A stretch of 64,000 bases of DNA from Selaginella moellendorffii (lineage: Eukaryota > Plantae > Lycopodiophyta): NCBI RefSeq assembly GCF_000143415.4, contig NW_003314261.1, forward strand, positions 2,060,117-2,124,116, in the 5' to 3' direction. Shown here one piece after another: positions 44,653 to 57,193 of this stretch. The notes under the pieces are model-generated. The model ran no database searches and had not been told where the DNA came from. It worked only from the letters and a program-made list of their open reading frames with translations. Both the position numbers and the translations under genes were made by a program. Within the stretch, counting starts at the first letter, position 1; each line of letters opens with the position of its first letter.

Positions 44653-46528
44653 ATGGCGGCACTGCGACGATGGAGGGAGCACGCTGGATCGCTCCGAAAT
44701 CTCTTCGCGGGAGCTCCGGCGCGGGGGGGATCGCAGGAATCGCCATCGCCATGGCGCCTGCTCCAGCAATCCAGGAAGGTAACGCAGATCACAGTGCCGC
44801 TGACGCCGCCCGAGGGATTCTATCGGGCCGACTGGGATTATCGCGGCCAGCGCCAGATCGTACCCCTGGCTATGGCGGTGCCATACATCGCGCCCGATGC
44901 CTGGGTCGCGCCGAATGCCACGCTCATCGGGAACGTCAAGGTGGAGGACAAGTGCACGGTGTGGTATGGGACGGTGCTACGAGGCGATCTTAACAAAATC
45001 CAAATGGGATTTTGCTCGCATATCTTCGACCGCTGTGTTCTTCACGTCGCCTCCGAGTCCCCAGTTGGTACGTTTTACTATCTTTTTATTGTTTCGTCCA
45101 TGGTTAGAATGTAGATCGCAGTGAACGGTTTCGTGAATTATTTATTTTTGGTGGTGGCTTGCTTTCGTTTGTGTTTGATTGACATAGTTCTTCTCTTGCT
45201 GCTATGATTCTTTTTTGTTTTCGGCATTCCACGGTTTGTTCTAAACTTAAAACTCTTTCCAGCATAACTCTGGATTTGCTATAGTTTTGCATCCATTCTC
45301 TCTTGCTGCTGCGATTTATCCGATGGTACTGAAAAGTTTGTCCATCCCAGGCTTGTCTCTCCGTTTGTTGCTTTTATCATTCTGTGCTTCACGTTTGTGA
45401 AACTTCCATCCCTCATTTCGCAACTCTTTTCTCCTTTTCTACATTCCTCCTTGTTTGTTCTTGTCGTTTCTCTTGCTCCTATGATGTTTTTTGCTTTTGG
45501 CATTTCAGCTTTTCGACCATCTAAACGTTTTCTCGCTTACACTCTTTCCAGCATTACTTTACGAGTTTTCCGATGATAGTCCATCCCAGGTGTTTCGCAA
45601 CTCGTTCCTCTTTGCTACATTCCTCCTTGTTTGTTCTTTGCTTTTCTTTGAGCAACTTATCTCTTTGCTTTCTTTTCTTGTGTGTTAGTTTTCGTCCATG
45701 GTTTCCGAGAATGTAGATTGCAGTGTATGGTTTGTGATTTTTTTCGGTGGTGGCTTGCTTTTTTATTCCTTAGAAAGACCTTGTTTTCAAATTTGCTATG
45801 ATTCGTTTTGGTTTTTGGCATTCCACCTTTCCGAGTGAACTTTCGTCTAAACGTTTCTCGCTTAGACTCTTTCTAGCATAACTTTGCATTTGCTAATTCA
45901 TTCTCTCTTGCTGCTACGATTTATGTGATGGTACAGCCCATCCCAGCATTGTTTGTTTTATTTTTTATCATTCTGTGCTTCATGAAAACTGTTTCGCATT
46001 TCTTTTATCATTTGCTACGTTCCTCCTTGTTTGTTCTTTGCTTTTCTTTGAGCAACTTATCTTTGTGTGCTTTTCCTTCTCCAGGACTTCCACCGCATCT
46101 CATCATCAGCCACTACGTAACAATCGGTCCCTACTGCACACTCCGGTCGTGCATCATCGAGCGCGAGTGCATCATAGGCGAGCGCTGCGTCATCATGGAA
46201 GGCTCCGTCGTGGAGACCCACAGCATTCTGGAGCCCGGCTCGGTGGTTCCTCCCGGACGCCGGATCCCAACGGGAGAGGTCTGGGCCGGCAATCCAGCGA
46301 AGTTCGTGAGAATGGTAACTTTCGACGAGACCAAGGCGTTCGTCGGCTTCGCCGAAGGCATCCGGAGCTACGCGCAGCAATACTTTCGGGAGTTTCTTCC
46401 TTACTCCACTGCCTACTTGGAGCTCGAGAAGATAGTGAAGAATGGAGGCGTCACTCTAAGCGTAAGTGGTCTCGAGTTCATCCATTTCTTTTCCGGACTA
46501 ACAGGTCTATTGGATTTTACAGCACTGA
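44653..46528 (+). CDS. GAMMACAL: Mitochondrial complex I gamma carbonic anhydrase-like subunit
   Basis: WDYRGQRQIVPL; VLRGDLNKI.MGFCS; hexapeptide repeats; VVPPGRRIPTGEVWAGNPA; FLPYSTAYLE. Contains a ~1-kb intron (45068-46084). The stop is at 46528 if intron 46462-46522 is spliced, otherwise 46608. Confidence 0.9.
45093..46070. repeat. Internal direct duplication within the gamma-CAL intron
   Basis: TTCGTCCATGGTT..AGAATGTAGAT.GCAGTG..GGTGGTGGCTTGCTTT..CATTCTCTCTTGCTGCT..TTATCATTCTGTGCTTCA occurs at ~45093 and ~45691, with a partial third copy between. Confidence 0.8.
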
Positions 46529-46711
46529 GATCGTCCCAAACTTTTCAAGCTTCGGGGTTCCAAATTTTCGTGAAGTTGGAGAAGTTTCGAAGTTCCAAAT
46601 TTTCGTGAAGTTAGGAAGGTTTCGAAGTGAATAAGGAGATAGACAATGACGACATCCCTCTCTTTCATTTCTTCCAATTTGATACCTTGTTTAGTCTTTA
46701 TTATCTATCCT

Positions 46712-47447
46712 GTGCTCATTGGTGTGCTCAGAGACGATCGTGACGACGTAGACATGGTGAGCGAGCGTAATTTTTTTTTATCGCGAGCTTTCTATTCTCT
46801 GGTTGACTTACATAACGAATCAAGGTCCGAGGAGCGCTGGAAACGCTCGTTACTGCTTTAGGCAACGCGACTCAAGATGATCACGGGCAGCTTTCTCCTG
46901 GTCTTGTGAACTGTGAACTTCTTGCAAGAGAGCAGAACATCGTTGCGTTGCTTTTGAGTTTGCTGGTAAGCTAGGAAACTTTATGGGAACTATCTTATCA
47001 AATGTCCTCAGGAGGAGGAGGATTTCTACGTCCGGTACTATGTTCTTCAGCTTCTTACGCGAGTTTCACCAGCTAGGTGAGTTGCTGTCGCAAGCTTGGA
47101 TACGCAAATCTAAATGGTGTGCACTTGAAGATTCCAAGAGGAAGTCCTAGCAACAATCACAAGACTCATGGATATGAAGCTGGAATGCGAGGTCGTAGAC
47201 GGCTGAAAAGCTCACGTAATAAACGTTTGCGGGTGATCTGGAATGAAGCACTTGTGCTTTGACAGGTGGGACCTTTGATGTATTTGAGCTTTCGTTTCTG
47301 CTTGCTATTTTTTTTTTAACAGGAGATTCAAAAGATAGTTGTTTTTGAAGGCGCCTTTGAGAGGGTGTTTCACATTGTAAAGGAAGGAGGGTCCCAGGTA
47401 GCGTTGGAGCCGATCTTTGAAGTCTAAAATACTTCTATGATATGCAA
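46712..47447 (+). pseudogene. Dead partial copy of GC6/USO1 (paralogous to 50104-50908)
   Basis: Near-identical exons and introns carrying several small deletions, and lacking the promoter and first exons. Confidence 0.92.
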
Positions 47448-49148
47448 GAACTAACCTCCTGTTAATGAGAGTACAATTTAATGATTTTCTAGCTCTTAAA
47501 CTTTCTCTAATTCTTTTGCTTATCACTAATATAAATTGTGCCACAAGAGCTTCAAGCTTTGTGTACACACTTTAGTTTCTGGTCAAGGAAGGATCTTAGT
47601 TTGAATATAAAAAATTAGGCTTCAAGGCTTCATGTTAGAGCCACTTTGGGTGAGCATGTAGAGTTCACTAAGACCTTGCAAGCTTGCCATGAGGAATCTC
47701 CTTGAGCTACATATAGCCAGTGTTGTTCTCACAAAAACTGAAGTTTTGGGCAACTTTTATTCAAGAAGAATACATATTATGCCTTATAATAATATAACTC
47801 AGAAGAGCCCAAAAAAGGATTCCTGAAATTGACAAGTTAGTAGACAAGGCAATATATTGAGGTGGATGCTTCTCCTCCAAAAGTCTTAAAGAGTTGCCTC
47901 AAGGGAAGACTTATTTGCCGTATCAAATGCTAGCAAGCCAAACTCATGGGACCCATGGATTTTGACTTGCTCCAGAGGCTGAAAATCTTCTTCATACTTG
48001 ATATAAAACTTCTCTATTTGGGAAACATGGTATAGACCAACACCTCCAACTCGGGCATTTGCAGAATCTTGGGAATCTTTGTTGTAACTTGTGATTCCAA
48101 CTAGATTCTAAGGAGATGAGTTGACATGGGAGGAGTATTCTGAAGACTCTATCCAGTTCAATTGCAAAAAATCGAAAACATTGCAATTCACCACCTCAGT
48201 GTTTGACAACAATGTAAATGAGTAAAAATTTGACTGAACATGAGGCTTTAAAATGGAGATTTTGGAGTCATGAGAGGGTGATATAGAGTTATTTATAGTC
48301 CACTTCTGCCCAAAGAAGAAGCATAGGTAGTATGGTATGCGATTGTCCATTTGGTTTGCAACATTAACAACTTGTTAGAATGCATGGGATGAATGGGTCT
48401 ATGGGCCATGAATGGCTCCAGGGACTGCAAGCAAATGAAAGCTCTTGGTTATGTAGCAATCATTTTTGTTTCACTCACACAGCAAATTTGTGGTGGGAAT
48501 CTATCTACATAAATGTAATACTTAGTCTCTCTAATCTTGGTCATCTTGTCGAAGGTAGTTGAAGGTGATGGAAAAGGCACTAAAGACTTCTCAAAAAGAG
48601 GATTGCCTACAAAAGTGGTACACATGAATTTTATGGAGGATGATTGGGGTGAAAAAATGGCCACAGAGTTAAGAATGGTGGACATGGAACCCAGAATTGA
48701 TTCAATAAATAAATTCTACCATCTATGAAAAACAAAAGCCAAAAGCTTAACCCAATTTAATAACTTTTGATCTAGAGAAATACAATAAAATCTATCCTTT
48801 GATCTTTGCTTTGGAACTCAGTACTTCACATGATAGTTGAAAAGTGAGGCATCCCACAGTGGTCACCATCGTTTGCAAAGGAATCTCGCAACCTCACCAT
48901 ACACTCAAAATCCAATTGGAAAACCCACTAGAAAATAATCTAGATATCAATTTAATCTGAGTATATCTGGGAATGTCTGGAATCATACTCATGCTCCAAC
49001 AACATCCTTTCCTGTGAAATCTTGGTGCCTTTCAGGCTGTAAATCACACAAACAATCACACCACATATACACTTCAAGCTCAAGGTGATCATCCATGGTG
49101 TACTCAGATGGCAAACAGCCGGAACGCTAGAGCAATCTTACAAAAACA

Positions 49149-49531
49149 GGGAGAGGTCTGGGCTAGCAATCCAAAGTTCCGTGAGAATGGTAATTTACGA
49201 TGAGACCAAGTCCTTTGTCCGCCATCTGGGGCTTTGCTCAGCACTTTTTGGAGTTTACTCCCCTGCATACTTCGAGCTCGAGAAGCTAATGAAGAATGGA
49301 GACGTTACTCTAAGCGTAAGTTTTTTCATTTCTCTTCCAGACTAACAAGTCTATTGAGCATTTTCATGAAGTTTTGGAGAAGTTTTGAAGTTCCAAATGT
49401 TCGTGAACTTCGGGAAAGTCCAAATTAAGTTAGAAAAGTTTCGAAGTGAATAAGGAGATAGACAATGACGACATCCCTCTCTTGCTTCTCTTTCTTCCAA
49501 GTCAAAGCATATTCGAGTTCGATACCTTGTT
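49149..49531 (+). pseudogene. Dead partial copy of the gamma-CAL 3' end (paralogous to 46272-46692)
   Basis: GGGAGAGGTCTGGGC...GAGCTCGAGAAG...ACTCTAAGCGTAAG...GAAGTGAATAAGGAGATAGACAATGACGACATCCCTCTCT is shared, with frameshifts. Confidence 0.9.
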
Positions 49532-49618
49532 AAGTCGCATCTTTACGAAGCATATTCTTCCTGACTTAAACCCTAAGCGAGGAGCTGGATCCAAGGCGAT
49601 TCTGAGAGCTGGATCGCG

Positions 49619-52600
49619 ATGAGGCCTTCTACAGCTCTCGGCATGATGGTCAAGGTGAGGTTTCTCTTCTGGGACGATCGATCCAGGAACTTTGGGCATA
49701 GATAAGGGCAATCGATAGATTTCTAGATTGTCCGGTGCCTGCATTCGCTAGGACGCGCAATTCGAGGCGAATTTGTGATGGTTTGCATCGGTGCAGGGTG
49801 TTGGGGGATTCGTTTTTGGAAGCGGAGATCATCCGCCAGAGGACGATGGGTAAGTCGACACTCTGGTTGTTCTTGAAGTGATTTTGGATTGGTTTTTCTA
49901 GCGGAGTGGAGCAATTGCTTGAGACTATCAGCAATGGTACGCTCGCTGTGGACAGGCGAGCTGCCATGGAGGAGCTTCGTGTTCTCGTGGACGAAAATCG
50001 CCAAGCACAGCTGGCCTTTGGAGCCATGGGTATTTTATTCTAACTCTAGTTCTCTATTTTGTCGACTTCGTGTTTTAAAAAGCGTTGCTTTGCAGGATTT
50101 CCGGTGCTCATTGGTGTGCTCAGAGACGATCGTGACGACGTAGACATGGTGAGCGAGCGTAATTTTTTTTTATCGCGAGCTTTCTATTCTCTGGTTGACT
50201 TACATAATGAATCAAGGTCCGAGGAGCGCTGGAAACGCTCGTTACTGCTTTAAGCAACGCGACTCAAGATGATCACGGGCAGCTTTCTCCTGGTCTTGTG
50301 AACTGTGAACTGCTTGCAAGGGAGCAGAACATCGTTGCGTTGCTTTTAAGTTTGCTGGTAAGCTAGGAAACTTTGTGGGAACTATCTTATCAAATGTCTT
50401 CAGGAGGAGGAGGATTTCTACGTCCGGTACTATGTTCTTCAGCTTCTCACGCTACTTCTGTCCGTTTCACCCGCTAGGTGAGTTGCCGTCGCAAGCTTCG
50501 ATACGTAAATCTAAAAGGTGTGCAATTGAAGATTGCAAGAGGAAGTCCTAGCAACACCGCAAGGCATCACAAGACTCATGGATATGATGCTGGAGCGCGA
50601 GGTCAGCAAGATGTAGACGGCTGAAACGCTCACGTGATAAACGTTTGCAGGTGATCCGGAATGAAGCACTTTTGCTTTTGACTCACCTTACCCGTGCAGC
50701 CAAGGTGGGACCTTTGATGTATTTGAGCTTTCGTTTATGCTTGTTTTTCTTTTTTAACAGGAGATTCAAAAGATTGTTGTTTTTGAAGGCGCTTTTGAGA
50801 GAGTGTTTCACATTGTAAAGGAAGAAGGAGGTTCGGACGGAGGGATTGTTGTCCAGGTACAAGTTGGAGCTGATCTTTGAACCGTCTAAAATACTTCTAT
50901 GATATGCAGGACTGTCTGGAATTGCTTAACAACCTTTTGCGCAATAATTCGTCCAACCAGGTATTCCTGTATGTTGGTGTTCAGTCTGACCGTCGTCGTT
51001 TGTAGGTGTTCCTTAGAGAAACCATGGGTCTAGCAAACGTGGCTTCTCTTTTGAGTTTGCGCAAAGGAGGCGGTGACGCCTCTCAGCAGAAGGTATTTCG
51101 AAGGTTATCTTATGTGCTTGGAGTCTAATTTGGATACGATGTTCGCTGTTAAGACAGTCAGTGAACTTATTATGTGCTCTGGAAACAGTTGCCTTGTTAC
51201 TAGCTGGGAGTGAAGACGTGGAGCCCGGGAAGGATGCAAACCTGGCTGCTAATAAAAAGCTTCTTGCTCAGGTACAACTTTGTCTTGCAATTATATACAT
51301 GTACTTCATCGTGCATCCATTATAGAGTGATGTTCTCAGCTATTTGTTGGGGCTTAGCGTTGAAGGCAGGATTTCGGCAGTGGCTATTCGATGCCTGGTA
51401 TGCTAATGTGGTGCCGACTACCTCTAGACTTTAACTTGATTTGGACGTGCAGGCACTAAAATGTGTCGGAGATCTTGTAAATGGCCACGCTGTCAACAGA
51501 GACATACTAGCGAACAAGCTAGTCGGTGACGAAGGTGATGCAGAACCAGCTATGGTGTGCATTCTGAGAGTGTTACTACGTACGCCCAACATAAACGAGT
51601 GTATCGCTGCTGAGTACGTGATCAAATGCTTCTGTGAGGTTGGATCTTTCTTTACTGCTGTCTAGTTATTCACGCTATTTTCTTCAGGGCAATCCAGATG
51701 GTCAGACAATGCTGGCATCGACAATTACTCCTCTACCTCAGTCGTCTAGGAAGAGAGAAGATGGTCACCATCTTTCATTCGGAAGGTTTAATTTCTCGTC
51801 GTATGGTGAAGTGAATGACGACAAGATTTACTTTTGTTGTTTCAGCATGCTGATCCAGGCGCTGGTTGGGATTGATGGCAGAAATGACTTGGAGGTACGA
51901 CCGGATTCGTCCTGACAGTTTGTATGATCTTTCTTCTGGCAGGCAAGTTGCAGAGCTGCAAGTGTTTTGTCTCACATTCTTAAAAACAACATCAAGTGCA
52001 AAGAACGGGTACACAAGATTTCAATACTTGTGATTTTCTGATAAAAGCTGGCCGACCGTGCAGGTTTTGTCAATCCCTCTGGAAATACCTTCTTCGAGGC
52101 TTGCAACTCCGGAGCTCCTGTTGCCTCGGTGCATGAGATATCTAGCTGCCGCTTCAGCTTCTGTAAGACATGAAAGCGTAGACAACGTGAGCACAGCTTG
52201 GCTGCAACCGGTCATTCTGAGGCTATTGGTGACATGGCTTGCCGAGTGTCCACCAGCAGTAGCTGCATTCCTGGAGACGGCTACTCACCTTCCGTTCCTG
52301 GTGGAGCTCATGTCCAGCAGTGGATCGCCTGTAAGTGTTCACGTAGCTGGCCTCGCTGCAGTTCTACTTGGCGAGTGTATAGTGTACAACGAAAACAAGC
52401 CGTCACCCTCATCGTCAGCTGGGACAGATGCGTCTGCAGTCCTAGAGATGGTTAATCAGAGAATCGGGCTCACAGCATTCTTTTCCAAGTGGGAGGATAT
52501 GAGACTAAGCCCCTTATTTATCGCTTCATCGACACCGACTCGACTTCCGCAGGCACTTACGAGATCTACAGCAGCTGCAGTAGCTGCTGGTGACGGATTT

Positions 52601-53516
52601 ATAGCTGCTGCTGCGTCCACTGAAGAAAAACTGGAGTTGGGATTACATTCCGGTGATGCATCTCCAGAGGCAGCTCTTCCACTATTCTACGATGCTCCAT
52701 TCGTTCAGTTCATCAACCTCTTGGAGCCGGTTGTGCGGAACCGGATCGTGGAGCTGTTTACAAACCCGAAGAGTGGGGTAGTCACCGTGGAGGTGGCGGG
52801 GTGGGAACGTGCGGAAGGCGAAAGCGAGTCGGACTACACGACGAGGCTGAAAACTGTACTTCAAACTCAGGCTCAAGAAATACAGGTGCGTTTGTTTTTT
52901 CCCACGTAGAGGTGATGTTAACACTTAACACTTGCTGCAGGAACTCTTGGCCAGAAACTCAGCACTCGCCGAAGATCTCCTCATAAACTCAAACGAAAAG
53001 GCCATAGTTCAAGACTCGTCAACTCACCGGAGCAGTGCATCTCTGAAAGCCGACGTCGATCGCTTGAAGCAGCAGCTGGAAGAATCCCAGCAGAAAACCA
53101 CCGCAGCGATCAACCAGAGACGGGAGTTGGAGTCGGAGGTGGTCTCGTACAAGCAACTGGCGTCCAAGTACGAGGCGGAGCTCCAGAGCCTTTCGAGCGC
53201 TTACAACGAGCTGGAGAAGATAAACCACGGCATGGATGGACAGATGAAGAGCATGAGAAGCGTTGTGGAAGGCAAGGGAGTGTCGCTGAAGCCATCGCCG
53301 GAGGAGCTCGAGGCGGCCCGGGAGGAAGGCCGGGCCGAGGCACAGAAGGAGAACGAGGCGGAGCTAAACGACTTGCTGGTTTGCTTGGGCCAGGAGGAGA
53401 GCAAGGTGGAGAAGCTGAGAGCTCGGCTGGAAGAGCTCGGTGAAGACGTTGGAGCGCTCTTGGAAGGGATTGGAGGTGGAGACGAGGAAGACGAGGAGGA
53501 CGAGGAGGAGCAGTGA
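49619..53516 (+). CDS. GC6: Golgin candidate 6 / USO1 / p115 vesicle tether, multi-exon
   Basis: ISNGTLAVDRRAA; QLAFGAMGFPV; EEEDFYVRYY; EVIRNEALLLL; EIQKIVVFEGAFE; EEGGSDGGIVVQDCLELLNNLLR; coiled coil; ELNDLLVCLGQEESKVE; acidic tail. The start codon is approximate. Confidence 0.93.
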
Positions 53517-53910
53517 TCTTCCAAGGTTCTTCATGAAACTCTCATCCAGATCATATCACTGGGAGTTCCAGGTACTGGATTCTACTATGGTTATTTCCTT
53601 TTCTTCTTTGGAAGGACGTTCTTCCAGATCGATTTCTCACTTACAAAGTTCCAGACGAAGCAAACTGGAAACAAAAGAACCAAAGAGTTTGAAAGAAACT
53701 TCCATTTTCTCTGTACAAACGAAGCACACTAAATTGACTGGAGGCATATTCTCTTGGAATCTTCCGCGTCATAACAATGAACGATTTGGACGACACGTGG
53801 CGGCAGCGGATTTGCCGTTGGGTGCCATTTAATAGTGCGTGTGTTTGGCATTTTAGGGTTCTGGGGACGGAACGGCCGGGTCGATGCTCTAGCTCTGTCC
53901 TTGGCCAAGG

Positions 53911-55440
53911 ATGAGCTCGGCGCCTCCCACAATCTCCGCGGACGCGATCGCCAGGCTGAAGAAGAAGGAGGATTTCCCGGATTCCAAGGTCGTGGGTGGG
54001 GCGGCGGGCAAGGAAGGCTCGTCATCGCCGGCGGCGGCTCTCCAGAACAAGACGGTATGGGCAAACTTCCCCAAGGATCTCATCGCGGGCGGGCTGATGG
54101 GCGGCGTGGCGCACACCATCGTTGCGCCCATCGAGCGCGCCAAGCTGCTGCTCCAGACGCAGGAGAGCAATCTGGCGATAATGCAGGGGCGGCATCACCG
54201 CTACAAGGGGATGATCGATTGCATCTTCCGGATCGCCAAGGATGAGGGCGTGCTCTCCCTGTGGCGGGGGAATGGAAGCAGTGTCATGCGGTACTATCCG
54301 TCACTAGCACTCAACTTTGCCTTCAAGGTGTGTAGTCTCGTTCTTTCGTTCTTTCGTGGCTTCTTTCCTTCTCTCTTCGTTTTTCTTCCTCTTTGCGCTA
54401 GAGATTCTTCCTTCTCTTCGTTTTTCTTCCGGGATTCTTGCTCGTTTTTCGGATTGTTTACGTATAGTTTCGTCTCGTCTCAGTTCCTACCGGTTCTTAC
54501 TTGCGATCCTTTCGTCCTCAGTTCTTGCGTCTAGTTTTCTTTATCCGTGGAACCTTTTCCACTCACTTCGTACCGCAAGTAGGGACTTACGGATGAAACC
54601 TTTGCTTCCATTCTTATCATTCGAGCCTCCATTTTTTCCTTGTTTATCTGCTCTTTAAGATTCCATTGTTTCTAGCAAGTTGGAACCTTTTGTTCTTACT
54701 TATGAAACCTTTACTTTCATTATTAGAATCTTTGTCATGAGCTTACATTCTTTTTCTCTGTTTACAAGCTTCGCTTTTGACTCGGACTTTCTTCTTTGCA
54801 GGACTTGTACCGATCGCTACTCATCTCGGACAAGAACGACGCACTGTCAAGAGCACCCTTCAACTTCGTGGCCGGGGCCGCCGCCGGGTGCACCAGCCTC
54901 GTCTTCGTCTATCCCCTGGACATCGCCCACACGCGCTTAGCGGCCGATATCGGGAACCGCGACGCCAGGCAGTTCAAGGGACTCCTCCACTTCATCAGGA
55001 CCATCTACCGCAAGGATGGCACTCGCGGACTCTACCGGGGACTCCCAGCGTCCATCCAGGGAATGGTCGTGCACAGGAGCGTCTACTTTGGAGGTTTCGA
55101 CACGGCCAAGGACTTGCTCTCGCGAGACTCCGAGCACCTCCCTTTCTGGAAACGCTGGCTCATGGCTCAGGCGGCCACCACCTCGGCCGGCTTGATCTCG
55201 TATCCGCTCGACACCGTCCGGCACAGGATGATGATGCAAGCCGGCCTGGAGAAGAGAATGTACGTCAACACTCTGGATTGCTGGAGAAAGATTTACCGGA
55301 TGGAAGGGGTCTCGTCCTTCTATCGTGGAGCCGTGTCAAACATGTTGCGAGGGACCGGCGCTGCGCTCATCCTGGTGCTCTACGACGAGCTCAAGTACCT
55401 GATGAACTTGACGGTGCCGCTCGACAGTGGAAACAAGTGA
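53911..55440 (+). CDS. ADP/ATP carrier-like mitochondrial carrier family protein (PM-ANT1/At5g56450-like), 2 exons
   Basis: PIERAKLLLQTQ; LWRGNGSSVMRYYPS.ALNF.FKD; YPLDIAHTRLAAD; YPLDTVRHRMMMQ. Intron at 54328-54801. Confidence 0.9.
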
Positions 55441-55713
55441 GATGATCCGGCAGCGCAGCTCTTCTCAGTTTTGTAAAAAGAAAGCAACGTCGGGAGCGAG
55501 TTTTGCAGCAGCCTACCTAGCTCCTCCTCCCGGAAAGCTCTCTCTTTGTTGATAGAAAGGGTCTGGAAGCGCGGCTATATTGTAATATAATGTTAGCATT
55601 CCATCAAACAAAAGCAAAAGGCCTTGAGCTCTACAAAGGTGGCCCTGTTTAGAGTCGTGCTTAGTAAACTGGCTATGCAAAGAAAGATGAAAAGCTTACC
55701 ACTGACCAGAGTC

Positions 55714-56962
55714 TTAAGCTCCTGCTGTTGGATCGCCGATAAGGCCCAGGAAATCGTCCTTGATCGTCCCGATGCAGAACTATGTAGCGTACAGATATTT
55801 TTAACACCAGTTTCGAGAAGCCGAGCGGAGCATGCTTACAATTTCAGTGGCGTCTACACGAGTTCCAACGATTTTAAGGCGCACCTCGCTGTCCTTTTGT
55901 ATTCGGACCTGAGGAAAAAGAAAAAAAATTTGAGGATTTCCGGAAGAGCACACACACACATGCTCACCGAGCTATCAGATGTTTCGTAGCAGGGTACATC
56001 GCCGGACTGAAAGGACATGTCATCTGGAATAAGCTGCAGGCTTTCCAAGTTATTAAGAGAAAACGAGGAAGAACAAACAAACTTGAGCAAACTTACGTGG
56101 TTTGAGACGAAAATCTGGACTGGTCCGGCTTCTGCGAAGAATCCCATCTGCGAATTCAAAAAAACGTAAGTATGAGAGATTTGGGAGAGGAGGAGGAGCC
56201 AACCTTATTGACCAGCGTCACGACCCCTTCAAGAATCTCGCCTTTGAAAGGGCGGAAGACTACGCACTGGTAGTGTATGGGAAAAGTTACGTAGCCAGTC
56301 CCGTCCCGAATGAGTCCTTTGCCAATCGTGTCCACTCCGGTCACGGCAACAACAAAGCCATGTCTTCCACTGGAAAGGGAAAAGCTAAAGTTTTAGAGCT
56401 CCAAAGAGAGATTATCCAAACCAAATGAAAAACAAGGCCAAAGATAAGAACCACAAGAAAGAAAAAACGCAACCAAAAATCTCACAGCGAAAAGCTTCCC
56501 TTTAGAGGAAAAAAAAACAGGAAAATACCGAAAAGAAAAAATCCTAGAAGGTAGAACAGAAAAGCTCCTTGCTCCTAGAAGCTAGTCCGAGAGAAAAACT
56601 TGAAGCTAGAACATAAGAAAATCCTTGCTCCTAAAAGCTAGAACAACCCGAGAGCGAAGGAAAAAAATCCTTGCTCCTAGAAGCTAGAACAACCCGGGAG
56701 GACAAAATCCTTGCTCTAGAAGCTAGAAGAGCCCGAGCAGGCCAATGCAGGCCCTCAGATTCAGCGACTATGCCTCTAGAGCGCCTAAAATACGCGATTC
56801 TTAACCTGGAAACTCTTTCCCTACTCTGGAAACGCTAGAAGCGTACCTGCAAGTGCCCTCGACGTCGTGGATGAGCTTCTCGACGAGCTTGTCTCTGAGC
56901 TGCGGCCCAAAGAATCGCGGATGGAGCTGGAGATTGCGCTCGAGGCGGATATGGAAGAACAT
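55714..56962 (-). CDS. NRPB7: DNA-directed RNA polymerase II subunit 7, multi-exon
   Basis: MFFHIRLERNLQLHPRFFG; DVEGTCSGRHGFVVAVTG; VVFRPFKGEILE; MGFFAEAGPVQIFVSNHLIPDDM; TRVDATEIFCIGTIKDDFLG. Confidence 0.96.
56540..56737. repeat. Degenerate minisatellite in NRPB7 intron 1
   Basis: About 5 copies of AAATCCTTGCTCCTAGAAGCTAGAACAACCCG-like units. Confidence 0.8.
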
Positions 56963-57193
56963 CCCTTCACAGTGAATGGAATTAGGGTTTATCACCAAAC
57001 GCGTTTTGTCCTTTTAGTAGAGAGCCGTCTAGGGTTTGATCGAGGATTTTTGGGATCGCGATCGGCATCGGCGAGCGCGAGCTCTTCCCCTCTCCATCAG
57101 AGCGTCGTGCTGCTCCAGGCGCTGCGATTCCGGTGGTATTTCCTCTTCCCCGAGCTAGATTTCCTCCGAAATTTCTGCTTTACAAGCTCAGAG

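Noticed and set aside
47480-49148. Insert between the duplicated blocks as a defined transposon
   Set aside because: No recognisable termini or protein motifs, so it is left unclassified.
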